DNA of 64,000 bases from Candidatus Terraquivivens yellowstonensis (GCA_023539445.1 JAKCEW010000003.1:71808-135807), one strand, 5' to 3'. Positions 9,990 to 20,481 are shown, counted from the stretch's first letter. Numbers and translations are program-made. The notes: generated by a model from the sequence alone, not told the origin.

Positions 9990-11150
9990 TCATAATTCTG
10001 CTGAAGTTTGATACGTCTCTTGTATCACAACACCATTTTCTTTAATTTCTTTTAAGAAGATCTCCGGTTCTATGCATCCCTCTGGTGCGAAGACACCTTT
10101 TGCTTTCACTTGTCCGCGTCCTAACATTATGGCACCTATCACAGCGGATATGGCGGTAGCAAACTCATGTCCGACGTCGGAGAATTTGTACACGTATTTC
10201 GTTGGATTTTTGCCCTTCTTTCCGCTAACCGCTATCCTCATCTCGAAGAGGGGTTCCGCGGCATCGAACTTGAAGAGTTCCATAGCGATGTCCATCGGCA
10301 ATGATGCAAAACGCGCCATGATGAAGTCTCTTGGTGATACCTTAACACCTTTAACGTTTATGGGCTCGAGCTGCACGAGCTGCAGTTTGTTCAGCATCCT
10401 GTAAATCTCGACAACCTCACCGGGCACCATTCCGGCTTTGCACGTTACTTTCTTTGCCTTTATGTATCTTGGGATAGTTACGGGCTCCGGGTGGCCTACA
10501 TGGTAGACCTCCACGTTACCGAGCTCGAGAAAGTCCTGAACCTCCCTTCCGTCAACCATTGGTACGACTTCCTTCCAGTCTCCGTTTTCATAAGTTAACA
10601 CCTTTCCGCTAGTGACGTTGAACATGTGAGCAGTAACCGCCTCAGAGGCAACTCCGGCTGCTGTCGTGAAGATCCAAGAGACGTCTATACTTTCAACTTC
10701 GTCAAGCTTCGATGCACCGTATTTTGCCAGAACGTTCGAAAGACCGGGTGTCGAGCCCAGACCTATAACGACGCTAATGTTCTTCCTCTTTGCTTCATCG
10801 AAAAGTGCTTTGTCCTCAAGAACTTCCTTAGAGGGTAGCGGGTCGTCCATTATATCCACAAAGTTAACACCAGCCTCAACCGCAGCCTTCACTATCGGCA
10901 CGCCGAATTTATAGTAAGGACCTACACAACCCACAACCACATCTGCCTTCTGCATCTGGGCAATCAGCGATGGGCGGTCTGTTACGTCCACCTTCAGGGC
11001 TTTGGCCTTCTTTATTTTGCTGGCCAGCTTCTCAGCCTTGTCTACGAGTATGTCTCCTAGAACCACTTCGTCCACGTCTGGATATTTTGCTAGGTGTTCG
11101 GCTACTTCAGAACCTATTATCCCCGCTCCGCCCAGTACAAGTACACGCAT
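9990..11150 (-). CDS. Saccharopine dehydrogenase-fold NAD(P)-binding enzyme
   Basis: Rossmann N-terminus MRVLVLGGAGIIGSEV. The 386-aa two-domain layout is typical of the saccharopine dehydrogenase / carboxy(nor)spermidine dehydrogenase superfamily. Confidence 0.7.
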   Translation of the reverse strand: MRVLVLGGAGIIGSEVAEHLAKYPDVDEVVLGDILVDKAEKLASKIKKAKALKVDVTDRPSLIAQMQKADVVVGCVGPYYKFGVPIVKAAVEAGVNFVDIMDDPLPSKEVLEDKALFDEAKRKNISVVIGLGSTPGLSNVLAKYGASKLDEVESIDVSWIFTTAAGVASEAVTAHMFNVTSGKVLTYENGDWKEVVPMVDGREVQDFLELGNVEVYHVGHPEPVTIPRYIKAKKVTCKAGMVPGEVVEIYRMLNKLQLVQLEPINVKGVKVSPRDFIMARFASLPMDIAMELFKFDAAEPLFEMRIAVSGKKGKNPTKYVYKFSDVGHEFATAISAVIGAIMLGRGQVKAKGVFAPEGCIEPEIFLKEIKENGVVIQETYQTSAEL

Positions 11151-11184
11151 ATCTCATCACTCAACAAAAAATAAAAAAATTGTT

Positions 11185-12630
11185 TTATATCATTTTGTCG
11201 ACTTCTTCGATGGCTTTGTCCAGTATGTCGATTGCCCTGTCTACCTCGTCTTCAGTCACGACAAGCGGCGGCATCAGCGTTATGTTGTTGGCAGCGAATG
11301 TGGATACTAGCAACCTCCTCTCAATACATTTAACGGCCACGATCTTACTCGGTATCTTAGCACCCTCCTCATGCCAGAAGTAGAACCTGTCCTGTGGGAA
11401 TATCGGCTCTTTCGTCTCCTTGTTCTTTACCAGCTCTATACCCCATATGAGTCCCATTCCGCTTACATTTCCTACAGATTTGTGTCTGTCTTGGATACCT
11501 TTGAGTCCCTCTTCGAGTCTCTTGGCAATCTTCCTTGCGTGATCAGGTATGAGCTTCTCCTCCTTGTATACGTTTAGTGTTGCGTAGGCTGCGGCCATAC
11601 CGAGCGGATGGGATGCAAACGTACTCGCGTGCCACCACTTTTTCTCATCAAACCACTTTGCTATTTCAGGGCTAACAGCGACACCTCCAACAGGGATGTG
11701 AGAGCTTGTTACACCTTTAGCGAATGTAACTATGTCCGGCTTGATGTCCCAGTTCTGGTATCCAAACCAAGGCACAGTCCTTCCGAAACCGCAGATAACC
11801 TCGTCATCTATCCAGAGGACTCCAAGTTCCTTCGTTATTTGTCTCAACTGTGGGTTGTACTCAGGCGGCGGGGCGAAAACACCACAGCTTCCCTGCACAA
11901 CCTCTGTTATGACTGCGGCGACATATGGTTGATAAGCAAGTATCAACTCCTTGAGTACATTGATGCAAGCCAGCATTCCTTTTCTATCCTTGCAGTCAGG
12001 GTACGTGTGTCCTATTGGGCATCGGTAGCAGTAGGGCGGCGGGGCTATCGCAGTGTACGGAAGTATACCACCAACCGGCGTATGAATCTCTGGTGCTTCA
12101 CCCGGCTTCGTTGGCTTTATTGCCAAGTCTCTCAGGTACGGTATTATGGTGTTAGCAACCGCACCGGCGGTCCAGCCGTGATAGTCATACCACCTAGTAA
12201 TCACGTAAGGTTTGCCTGTGTAAACCCTAGCTATCATCAGCGCATACTCGACGGCTTCGCTTCCGCTGTTCACGAAGCCGACCCTAGCCATATCTCCCTT
12301 GAAAGCTTCCTCTATGAGGAATTTGCAGACCTTCGGCCTCATCTGCTCTAAGAAACCACCTTCATACAGATAGCCGAAGTGGTCGGCGTATTCCTTTATT
12401 GCTTGGGCTATCTTAGGATGGTAGGCGCCTGCGTTCGCACAGTGCAGAACCGACATAAAGTCTAGAATCTTAACGTTCTCAGAAGTCACCAGATAGGCGC
12501 CCTCTGCTCTCGCTATCGGTAAGGGGGAATATTCCTTCGCCGTTGATATTGGTCTCAGGAAGTACTTCTTGTCTATCTCTATTAGTTCTTCCCAATTTAC
12601 TTCATCAGGTGGTGTTACAAATTTTGACAT
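11185..12630 (-). CDS. Class-III (omega-type) PLP aminotransferase
   Basis: FVNSGSEAVE, DDEVICGFGRT, TFAKGVTSS (Schiff-base Lys). 481 aa. Confidence 0.85.
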   Translation of the reverse strand: MSKFVTPPDEVNWEELIEIDKKYFLRPISTAKEYSPLPIARAEGAYLVTSENVKILDFMSVLHCANAGAYHPKIAQAIKEYADHFGYLYEGGFLEQMRPKVCKFLIEEAFKGDMARVGFVNSGSEAVEYALMIARVYTGKPYVITRWYDYHGWTAGAVANTIIPYLRDLAIKPTKPGEAPEIHTPVGGILPYTAIAPPPYCYRCPIGHTYPDCKDRKGMLACINVLKELILAYQPYVAAVITEVVQGSCGVFAPPPEYNPQLRQITKELGVLWIDDEVICGFGRTVPWFGYQNWDIKPDIVTFAKGVTSSHIPVGGVAVSPEIAKWFDEKKWWHASTFASHPLGMAAAYATLNVYKEEKLIPDHARKIAKRLEEGLKGIQDRHKSVGNVSGMGLIWGIELVKNKETKEPIFPQDRFYFWHEEGAKIPSKIVAVKCIERRLLVSTFAANNITLMPPLVVTEDEVDRAIDILDKAIEEVDKMI

Positions 12631-12734
12631 ATTACTCCCTCGGAGGTAGGATAGCCCCGGGGCGTATAAAAATCTTACGGGATTCTGTAAAACAATTTAT
12701 AAAAATTCTCGTGCTTAAAAATGATGAAAACGTG

Positions 12735-14411
12735 TTATTTACACACAGCGCCTTCTGATGCTGAGGATGCGTACTTTGCGTATCTTGCTAGCACACCCTT
12801 TCCGTACTTAGGCACAGGCCTCTTCCAAGATGCGAGTCTCTTCCTTATTTCGTCCTCGTCAAGCTCAACGTCCAATATCTTCCGCTCCGCGTCAATCTTT
12901 ACCCAGTCGCCATTCCTAATAACCGCTATCGGCCCTCCCTCGAAAGCCTCGGGAGACACGTGCCCAACCATTAAGCCCCTAGTGGCACCCGAGAATCTAC
13001 CATCAGTCACTAACGCCACAGATTCTCCCATACCCCTACCCACTATCGCAGACGTGACGCTTAACATCTCCCTCATGCCGGGGCCCCCTTTTGGACCCTC
13101 ATACCTTATCACGACGACATCTCCCTCTTTGATGTCTCCTTGCTTAACTGCAGCATAAGCATCTTCCTCACAATCAAAGACCTTTGCGGGTCCTTCGTGC
13201 TTGAGTTTCTTTACGCCAGAAATTTTCACGACTGCACCATCCGGTGCCAGACTTCCCTTAAGGATTACTATACTTCCCGTTGGGCGTACCGGATCCTCGA
13301 CTGGCCTTATGACTTTCACGTTCGTAGGTTGGGTAAATTCTTTCAAATTCTCTGCTAAAGTTTTGCCCGTTATCGTTGTAACAGACCCATCGATTAAGCC
13401 AGCATCGAGTAACTTCTTCATTATGGCTGGAACGCCACCAGCCATATCCAAATCCTGCATTGCATAAGTTCCCCCTGGAATCAGCTCCACGAGTTGTGGC
13501 GTCCTGCTACTGATTTCGTCGAAATCATCGAGCGTCAGCTTTATGTCAAGTTCTTTAGCTATTGCCATCAAATGCAGCACAGCATTCGTCGATCCGCCTA
13601 TTGCTGCATCAACCGCTATGGCATTTCTAAAAGCTTCGTATGTCATGATGTCGCTGGGTTTCAAATCGGTCTCTAAAGCCTTCATGACGGTCTCGCCGGT
13701 CTTTTCTGCTATGTATAACCTCCTTACGTCAATCGCAGGTATCGTAGAGCTACCCGGTAGACTCATTCCTAAGGCCTCTATCAGAACCGCCATCGTGTTA
13801 GCGGTGTAAAGACCAGCACAAGAGCCAGGGCCCGGGCATGCAACCTTTTCAATTTCATAAAGTTCTTCAAGCGTAATTTGACCCTTGTAATAAGCACCTA
13901 AAGCCTCAAACACGCTACCCGTAGCAAAACGCTTACCTTTGCTTTCGCCCACCAGCATGGGGCCGCCGTTTATGAAGATCGATGGAAGGTTCAACCTTGC
14001 TAGGGCCATCATCATGCCTGGCTCTATCTTGTCGCAACTGGCAATTGCCACGATGGCGTCGTACTGATGCGCCATGACCATCAGCTCTACGGAGTCCGCT
14101 ATCACATCACGGCTTGGAAGGGATGCTCTCATGCCCTCATGCGCCATTGCTATGCCGTCACATATCGCTATCGTGTTAAATTCAAAGGGCCTACCGCCTG
14201 CGCGTCTCACCCCCACCTTCACCCTCTCAGCCAACTCTCTTAGATGTATATGCCCGGGCACTATCTCGTTCCAGCTGTTCGCGATGGCTATGAATGGTCT
14301 CGAAATTTCTTCATCTGTCAGCCCTAAGGCCTTAAGCAGCGCCCTATGCGGTGCCCTATCCACACCCTCCGATATTTGTCGACTTCTGTGCTTTAACATA
14401 ACACTGTCCAA
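12735..14411 (-). CDS. ilvD: Dihydroxy-acid dehydratase
   Basis: 558 aa. IlvD/Edd signatures [12 protein letters not shown] and [15 protein letters not shown]-terminus [22 protein letters not shown]. Confidence 0.95.
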   Translation of the reverse strand: MDSVMLKHRSRQISEGVDRAPHRALLKALGLTDEEISRPFIAIANSWNEIVPGHIHLRELAERVKVGVRRAGGRPFEFNTIAICDGIAMAHEGMRASLPSRDVIADSVELMVMAHQYDAIVAIASCDKIEPGMMMALARLNLPSIFINGGPMLVGESKGKRFATGSVFEALGAYYKGQITLEELYEIEKVACPGPGSCAGLYTANTMAVLIEALGMSLPGSSTIPAIDVRRLYIAEKTGETVMKALETDLKPSDIMTYEAFRNAIAVDAAIGGSTNAVLHLMAIAKELDIKLTLDDFDEISSRTPQLVELIPGGTYAMQDLDMAGGVPAIMKKLLDAGLIDGSVTTITGKTLAENLKEFTQPTNVKVIRPVEDPVRPTGSIVILKGSLAPDGAVVKISGVKKLKHEGPAKVFDCEEDAYAAVKQGDIKEGDVVVIRYEGPKGGPGMREMLSVTSAIVGRGMGESVALVTDGRFSGATRGLMVGHVSPEAFEGGPIAVIRNGDWVKIDAERKILDVELDEDEIRKRLASWKRPVPKYGKGVLARYAKYASSASEGAVCK

Positions 14412-14429
14412 CCTAAATTCCCTTCAAAA

Positions 14430-15479
14430 TCAAGCTTTCTCAATCGATATAATGTTTGAGGTGGTTCTCGTAAGTCTGTTGAAAGCTACTTCAGCTATTA
14501 CCTCGCAGTTACGCACTATACACATAAAGCCCCAGATGACAGTTTTAAGTGATGATGCGAGTCTCTCTCCATTTACCGTCAGTAGCACGTCATCGGTCAG
14601 CCTGTCCTGTTGCTCCAGCACATATGAAATGTTATTTAGGATGTCGTTCAGCAGGTCTGCGTCTAGGTTGAGGAGCGCTTTCATCGTCTTGCTAAATAGC
14701 GTCTGGATCGTCATGCCAAGCTCTTCCAACTTCTTAGCAATCTCAGGACTTATTTTGAGGGGAGGCTTATATATTGAATTCAACCCCTTTGCTATACTTT
14801 CAATTATATCGCCCATCTCTTCAAGCGCTTTTGCTACAAGTCGCACACCAGCTGCGTAAATTGGACTATCTATTCCAAGAGCCATACTGAGGTGCCATTT
14901 ACGTAACGCTAGGAATATTTGCCTAATCGTTAAAAAGTACAGCTCGTCCACCTTGCTCTCCTGTCTGGTTATCTCGCTGATGTTCATGGGGGTGCCTTCG
15001 GATATCGAAGAAACGACCTGATTTAGCATGGAGGCCACTAATATCTGCAACCTTTTCAACATAACCTCGACGGGGAACTTTGATGGGTCTATGAAACTTT
15101 GGATGGTCACCATCCTGTATGTCTGCTCTGTGATTTCGAGGCCGGGCAGTCTATCGACGGTCGCTTGAATCTCATTAACCGTATCCGTCGTCAGGGCGTT
15201 GTTCGAGATTATCTTTATAACGTCCGCTCCTTGCAGGTACGCACCTATTATAAGTCGTGATAACATACGGTTAGAGTTGCAGAGGTCGTAATTGATCGTG
15301 AATATTGTATTTTCTGCTTTTTTGGCCTCGCCTACATCCAAGCGCAAAGAGCCGTCCTCATTCTCTATTAGCGTAACAATGTCCCCGGGCTTTAGGCCCT
15401 TTTTCAGCACCCACCTCTTGGGCAAGGATACCGTTAAGGTGGCCGCACCCACTTTTTGCAATTTCCTTATCTCAATCAA
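14430..15479 (-). CDS. PhoU-domain protein with N-terminal AbrB/SpoVT-like DNA-binding domain
   Basis: N-terminus KLQKVGAATLTVSLPKRWVLKKGLKPGDIV is a swapped-hairpin AbrB type. It is followed by two helical PhoU-like repeats. Confidence 0.65.
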   Translation of the reverse strand: MIEIRKLQKVGAATLTVSLPKRWVLKKGLKPGDIVTLIENEDGSLRLDVGEAKKAENTIFTINYDLCNSNRMLSRLIIGAYLQGADVIKIISNNALTTDTVNEIQATVDRLPGLEITEQTYRMVTIQSFIDPSKFPVEVMLKRLQILVASMLNQVVSSISEGTPMNISEITRQESKVDELYFLTIRQIFLALRKWHLSMALGIDSPIYAAGVRLVAKALEEMGDIIESIAKGLNSIYKPPLKISPEIAKKLEELGMTIQTLFSKTMKALLNLDADLLNDILNNISYVLEQQDRLTDDVLLTVNGERLASSLKTVIWGFMCIVRNCEVIAEVAFNRLTRTTSNIISIEKA

Positions 15480-15555
15480 CCCATCTGTATATATAGCAAT
15501 TACTATATATAGATAACGTTTAATAATCGTAATTTTTACGAATATTTGATAAAAA

Positions 15556-15753
15556 ATGAGCGCGACAAGAAAAGTCAGGAGAAGTTACGCAAATGGGTAC
15601 AAGTACTGTTCGAGGTGCAGGACATATCATCTCACTGACAAGGTTAGGTGTCCCTATTGCGGGACATTGCTGAGGAACTCGCCGAGGAAGAAGAAGCAGA
15701 GTAGCAACGAAAAGTACGTTGAGGTACCTGCTGAGATACTCCTGACGGTCTAA
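15556..15753 (+). CDS. Small zinc-ribbon protein
   Basis: 65 aa with two CxxC pairs (CSRCRTYH...CPYCG) and a basic tail. AT-rich divergent promoter region upstream. Confidence 0.4.
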   Translation: MSATRKVRRSYANGYKYCSRCRTYHLTDKVRCPYCGTLLRNSPRKKKQSSNEKYVEVPAEILLTV

Positions 15754-15821
15754 ACTTAAAGGGGTAACAAGTCAGTTAACCTTATTTAAGGTTATATCGA
15801 TGATGTTTCATTGAATGTCTA

Positions 15822-16997
15822 ATGTCTATGGATGTACATATAGATAGGGAATTTTTGCTGAGCTTAGCCTCTGCGCTCGTGCGGATAAATACGGAGAACC
15901 CACCCGGTAGGGAGCTGGAGGCCGCTAGTTTTTTAGCGGAACGGTTAGCGGATCTTGGCATAAAGTCCACAATAGATAGGCTAGACGGTGTTAGGGCGAA
16001 TGCTGTTTGTATTCTGGAAGGGGGAAGCGCGGGGCCCACCCTACTTTTCAACTCCCACCTAGATACCGTACCCGTAGGTGAGCGGGATAAGTGGCAGGTG
16101 GAGCCTCTTGGTGGCCTTATTAGGGATGGCAGGCTCTATGGTAGGGGCTCAGCCGATGCGAAAGGTTCGATAGCGGCGATGGCGGCAAGCCTGAAGGCTC
16201 TTCTTAACGTTCAGGACAGGATATGCGGTAAAGTTGTGCTCGCTGCGGTCGCCGATGAGGAGGTCAGCAGTATCGGCACTAAGGCGCTTCTATCAAAGTA
16301 CGGCAAATTCGACTTTGCGGTCGTGGGCGAGCCGACAGGGTTGAGGGTCTGTACCGCCCATAAGGGCAGGCTGGAGGTAAAGGTTAGGGTAAAGGGCAAG
16401 CCCGCACATGCCAGCATGCCCCAAGAGGGGATTAACGCCATAATTGCAGCCGTCTCTTACTGTAACGAAATAGAGCAGATGGCTGAGTCGCTATCAAGGG
16501 GCAACGGGCACCCCTTGCTAGGTAAGCCAACAGTGGCCGTTACCATGATAAGCGGCGGTATAAAACCCAATGTCATCCCCGATGAATGTGTGCTGATTAT
16601 CGACCGGAGGCTGATACCGGGCGAGGACCCCGAGGTAGTTAAGGCATCCTTTGAGGGGGTCGCATCCAAGCTTATGGCAGAGAGACGCGGCACAGAGTTT
16701 ATAATATCTATCACACAGTACCATAGGGCTACCGAGGTTAGCGTTTCTGAGCCGATAGCCCAAGCGGCCTTGGAGGCCGTTTCGAGGACGCTTAAGGTTA
16801 AGGCTGAGCCGTCCGGCCTTCCGGCCTATACGGACCTCGGATGGATAGTTGCTGCCGGAACGCCAGGTGTCGTGTTGGGGCCAGGAGATCTTTCCCAAGC
16901 GCATACCTACAACGAGAGCGTTCCGATCGATGAGCTTGAGGCAGCCGCAAAAATTTACTACGATATAGCCCTGAGGCTTTTAGGTAAGCGAGAATAG
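15822..16997 (+). CDS. M20 family metallopeptidase / deacylase (ArgE/DapE/CPG2-like)
   Basis: SHLDTVP, GRGSADAKG, ADEEVSS, VGEPT metal-ligand contexts. 391 aa. Confidence 0.85.
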   Translation: MSMDVHIDREFLLSLASALVRINTENPPGRELEAASFLAERLADLGIKSTIDRLDGVRANAVCILEGGSAGPTLLFNSHLDTVPVGERDKWQVEPLGGLIRDGRLYGRGSADAKGSIAAMAASLKALLNVQDRICGKVVLAAVADEEVSSIGTKALLSKYGKFDFAVVGEPTGLRVCTAHKGRLEVKVRVKGKPAHASMPQEGINAIIAAVSYCNEIEQMAESLSRGNGHPLLGKPTVAVTMISGGIKPNVIPDECVLIIDRRLIPGEDPEVVKASFEGVASKLMAERRGTEFIISITQYHRATEVSVSEPIAQAALEAVSRTLKVKAEPSGLPAYTDLGWIVAAGTPGVVLGPGDLSQAHTYNESVPIDELEAAAKIYYDIALRLLGKRE

Positions 16998-17124
16998 ACG
17001 TATTTCCAGAGTCATATACTAGCGATATGTACTTTAACAAACTAAAGCACGGTTATGGTCACGCTTATCTTTTGCCGCGGAATATATTACAGCAGTATGC
17101 CTGAAGCCGGCGCATAGGTCGGAG

Positions 17125-18342
17125 TTGATGCAGGGCATGCCTGCCGCTTCTAACACGGTCCACCGAGGCTCTAATGCGGATTATAGAAAATACTTTGACG
17201 AACTTAAAAGGGCCAGCGACCTTTTTAGATCATCGACCAGCAGGGCTCTTGTAATACATCATGACGATGCTGATGGCATATGCTCAGCGGCGATTGCGTT
17301 ATCAGCCTTTGAGTCTTTAGGCATCAAGACGGACAGGGTTTGTATCGAAAAGGTGCATCCAACAATACTATTTAAGATTCACAGCATCGATTACGACGCA
17401 TATGTTTATACAGACATAGGCTCGGGAAAGGCCGAGCTGATAGAGAAATTGGCTGGTGATAAACTCGTTATAATACTAGACCATCATGACCCGGTTATGG
17501 TTAGCAAGCCTAATGTCCTGAATCTTAATCCCGAGCTTTATGGCTTCAGTGGTGAGAAAGATGTAAGCGGCGCTACAGCCACGTACCTTTTTGCGGAGAA
17601 GCTTACGGATGTAAAACATGTCGCATGGGCATCCGTAGTAGGTTCGGCAGAGCTTGGGGGGAGTTTGACATCACTGAACAGAATACCACTTGAACATGCG
17701 ATTGAGGTTGGCGATGTTGAGATTAGAGAGTCGGCAGGAAGGGAAAGGTATTATGTGATACCTTTCGGGGAATCTTGGGATAAGTTATCAACAATGCTGA
17801 CAATACTCGGAAGCGTAGGCTATTATGCCGATGGTCCGAGAAAGGCGGTAGAGTCATGTATCAAAAAGAGTCTGGATAAAAATGAAGTAGAGGTTTTGGA
17901 GGAGCGCAGGAAGCAGATTTTCAGCAGGGTCATGGCTAATTTAAGAAGGTATGGCATCAATCGTGGTGATAAGGTTCAGTGGTTCTCTGTCGGCGATAGT
18001 TTTGCAGGTATGGGAACTAAGGTCTTAGGAACGTTTACATCCATTCTGGTGTATCGGGGATTCATCGACCAAAAGAAGTATCTTGTTGGCTTCATGAACT
18101 TTCCACGAATGATACCTGAGTTGGGTGAGGTGGAAGGCGAATGGATTAAGGTTTCCGCAAGGGCGCCTAAATTGCTGACGGAACTCATAAACAGAGGGGT
18201 GATGCCCCCTGTATCAAAGTTGGTCGTAGAAGCTGCCGACTACGTCGGAGGTTACGGCGACGGGCATTCAACTGCCGCATCAGGTTTGATACCAAAAGGT
18301 GCTGAAGATTATTTTTTGAAAAAGATGGAAGAACTCATCTAA
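17125..18342 (+). CDS. DHH/DHHA1 phosphoesterase (archaeal RecJ/Cdc45-like or nanoRNase-like)
   Basis: HHDDADGICSA (motifs I/II), ILDHHD (motif III), C-terminal GGYGDGHSTAASG (DHHA1 GGGH-like). ATG alternatives lie at 17128 and 17137. Confidence 0.8.
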   Translation: MMQGMPAASNTVHRGSNADYRKYFDELKRASDLFRSSTSRALVIHHDDADGICSAAIALSAFESLGIKTDRVCIEKVHPTILFKIHSIDYDAYVYTDIGSGKAELIEKLAGDKLVIILDHHDPVMVSKPNVLNLNPELYGFSGEKDVSGATATYLFAEKLTDVKHVAWASVVGSAELGGSLTSLNRIPLEHAIEVGDVEIRESAGRERYYVIPFGESWDKLSTMLTILGSVGYYADGPRKAVESCIKKSLDKNEVEVLEERRKQIFSRVMANLRRYGINRGDKVQWFSVGDSFAGMGTKVLGTFTSILVYRGFIDQKKYLVGFMNFPRMIPELGEVEGEWIKVSARAPKLLTELINRGVMPPVSKLVVEAADYVGGYGDGHSTAASGLIPKGAEDYFLKKMEELI

Positions 18343-18475
18343 AAATAAAAAAATTGATTTTGTGATACATGGGATTACTTTTTCTTCTTACATCGTGAGC
18401 TCTTTTTCTTTGAACGTTTTTTAGCCTTAGCCAATTCTACTCAAACTCTTATTGAAAAGTTTAGGGTATATAACT

Positions 18476-18619
18476 TTAACTCATCGGCGACTGCCACTTT
18501 CTTCTATCGCCCTCTAGCAATCCCTTACCTATGTGGGCCATATCGATGTGTTTTGAGAGAGATTCTTCCGTATCGAAGGATTGCTCGCAATAAGGGCATC
18601 TGTACTTTTTCTGTTCCAT
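18476..18619 (-). CDS. 47-aa C2H2 zinc-finger micro-protein (below the ORF-track cut-off)
   Basis: Hand translation of the minus strand gives MEQKKYRCPYCEQSFDTEESLSKHIDMAHIGKGLLEGDRRKWQSPMS. It matches Y-x-C-x2-C-x3-F-x5-L-x2-H-x4-H exactly. The ATG lies 2 nt after the leuD stop. Confidence 0.55.
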   Translation of the reverse strand: MEQKKYRCPYCEQSFDTEESLSKHIDMAHIGKGLLEGDRRKWQSPMS

Positions 18620-18621
18620 TC

Positions 18622-19137
18622 TCATACACCTTCCGTTTCGTATCTAAACATGAATATGCCGCCGGCCTTGATTATCTTCATCACCAACTCTGGTATTGGT
18701 CGTATATTGTAGAACTCATTCTTAGTCAAGTTTCTGATGATTCCTTTCGATACATCAACTTCGATCTCGTCACCGTCAGATAACTTCTCGTAAACGCTGT
18801 CGTCTATTTCGATTGGTATAAGGTGACCTCCGTCGATGGCGTTCCTGTAGAATATTCTAGCGAAGGATTTTGCTAAGACCGCCTTGATGCCGGCATATCT
18901 AAGGGCGATAGGTGCATGCTCTCTGCTAGAGCCGCAACCGAAGTTCCTACCAGCAACAACGAAGTCTCCTGGCTTTACTTTCTTAACAAAGTTCGGGTCA
19001 ATGCCCTCCATGGCATGTTCGGCGAGTTTCTTTGGGTCCATCTCCTTTAGGAATCTTCCTGGTATTATGCTGTCTGTGTCAACATTGTCGCCGTATTTGT
19101 GGACGCGCCCCCTTAATATTTCTTCCAAACCACTCAC
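18622..19137 (-). CDS. leuD: 3-isopropylmalate (or homoaconitate) dehydratase small subunit
   Basis: YGDNVDTDSIIPGRFL and GRNFGCGSSREHAP. GTGA start/stop overlap with the large subunit gene. IPMI versus homoaconitase specificity cannot be decided by eye. Confidence 0.85.
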   Translation of the reverse strand: MSGLEEILRGRVHKYGDNVDTDSIIPGRFLKEMDPKKLAEHAMEGIDPNFVKKVKPGDFVVAGRNFGCGSSREHAPIALRYAGIKAVLAKSFARIFYRNAIDGGHLIPIEIDDSVYEKLSDGDEIEVDVSKGIIRNLTKNEFYNIRPIPELVMKIIKAGGIFMFRYETEGV

Positions 19138-20414
19138 CCACCCAAGTCTCTGGGGTCTGTTATCTTACCGGTTACCGCCGTCGCCGCAGCCGTTAAGGGC
19201 GATGCTAAGTATGTCTTAGATTCTCTGTCACCCATTCTGCCTGGGAAGTTCCTATTAGTCGTCGAGATGCAAACCTCATCCTTCCTAAGCACACCCATGT
19301 GACCCCCAAAGCAAAGGCCGCATGTTGGCGCACCAACCAATGCACCAGATTGCAGGAATATCTCTATCAATCCTTCTCTTAGAGCTTGCATGTATGTTTT
19401 TTGGGTTGCTGGAACTATTTCAGTCCTAACCTTCACCTTCCTCCCCTTCAGGATGCTTGCGGCCATTCTCAAATCCGTTATCTTGCCTCCTGTGCATGAG
19501 CCTATGTAAACCCTGTTAACCTCTACATCGCTAAGCTCCCTTGCAGACGATACGTTTCCAGGAGAGTATGGTTTTGCGACGAGGGGTTCTATAGTCCTCG
19601 CATCTATGTCATAGACTTCAAAGAATTCGGCATCCTCATCACCGTAAACAGGCTTTAGTTGGGAGCTTGTTCTACTTCTCAAGTATTGAAGCAGGCGCTC
19701 ATCCGGCTCGATTATGGCGTTCTTGGCTCCTGCCTCCGTTGACATATTGGTTAAGGTAGCCCTTTCATCCACATCCATCGCCTTAATGGCGGAGCCGGAA
19801 AACTGCATCGCCTTATAGTTAGCACCATCCGTTCCGATTTCGCGTATTATGGCAAGCGACAGGTCTTTAGCCGTAGAGTAAGGCTGAAGCTCGCCTTCAA
19901 CCCTGAATAGCAGAGTTTCTGGAACCCTGAACCAAGTTTTTCCATGGACTAGCACGTATGCTATGTCGGTGTGGCCCAAGCCCGCTGCGAATGCGCCGAC
20001 CACCCCTGCCGTATTCGTATGAGAGTCTGTGCCTACGTACACCTCACCGGGCAACACCAGCGCCTCCTCATAAGAGAGCGTGTGACAGACGCCGTACTGA
20101 CCCAAGCCGTATTTGAAATACTTGCGTATTCCATACTTCTTGGCAAAGTCTTCGAGTATCTTTATGTTTTCAGCGGATTGCTTATCTATCGGAGGAACGA
20201 AATGGTCCTCGGTCAGCCACACCTTATCTGGGTCCCATATCTTTTCAACCTCGCCTATGATCGGTTTTAGGTCCTGAAATACTGCCCAAACGCCTGGACC
20301 ACCGACGTCATGCATCATGACTTTATCAACGTTCGCAAAAACCACGTCGCCTGGGCTCACATTACGCTTGCCGCTTGCCCTAGCCAATATCTTCTCGGTT
20401 ATTGTCATGCCCAC
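19134..20414 (-). CDS. leuC: 3-isopropylmalate (or homoaconitate) dehydratase large subunit
   Basis: Aconitase-family Fe-S contexts GTDSHTNTAG, IGSCTGG, CGLCFGG. GTG 20414 is preceded by GGAGG; an alternative ATG lies at 20408 (MTITEKIL). Confidence 0.9.
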   Translation of the reverse strand: MGMTITEKILARASGKRNVSPGDVVFANVDKVMMHDVGGPGVWAVFQDLKPIIGEVEKIWDPDKVWLTEDHFVPPIDKQSAENIKILEDFAKKYGIRKYFKYGLGQYGVCHTLSYEEALVLPGEVYVGTDSHTNTAGVVGAFAAGLGHTDIAYVLVHGKTWFRVPETLLFRVEGELQPYSTAKDLSLAIIREIGTDGANYKAMQFSGSAIKAMDVDERATLTNMSTEAGAKNAIIEPDERLLQYLRSRTSSQLKPVYGDEDAEFFEVYDIDARTIEPLVAKPYSPGNVSSARELSDVEVNRVYIGSCTGGKITDLRMAASILKGRKVKVRTEIVPATQKTYMQALREGLIEIFLQSGALVGAPTCGLCFGGHMGVLRKDEVCISTTNRNFPGRMGDRESKTYLASPLTAAATAVTGKITDPRDLGG

Positions 20415-20481
20415 TTTTGTAAAACCTCCTTTAAAGTAATGAACTATGCATGGCTTGGTTAAATTTTTTACTTATATATTC

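Noticed and set aside
14074-14859. Long antisense ORFs in the track (e.g. 14074..14859, 11608..12351, 1003..1533, 56922..57533, 52270..52734, 39043..39558).
   Set aside because: Each lies opposite a gene with clear family motifs. Several run across two unrelated genes (14074..14859 spans the ilvD start and the PhoU-like gene end), and their products are low-complexity S/L/P/A-rich. These are typical shadow ORFs.
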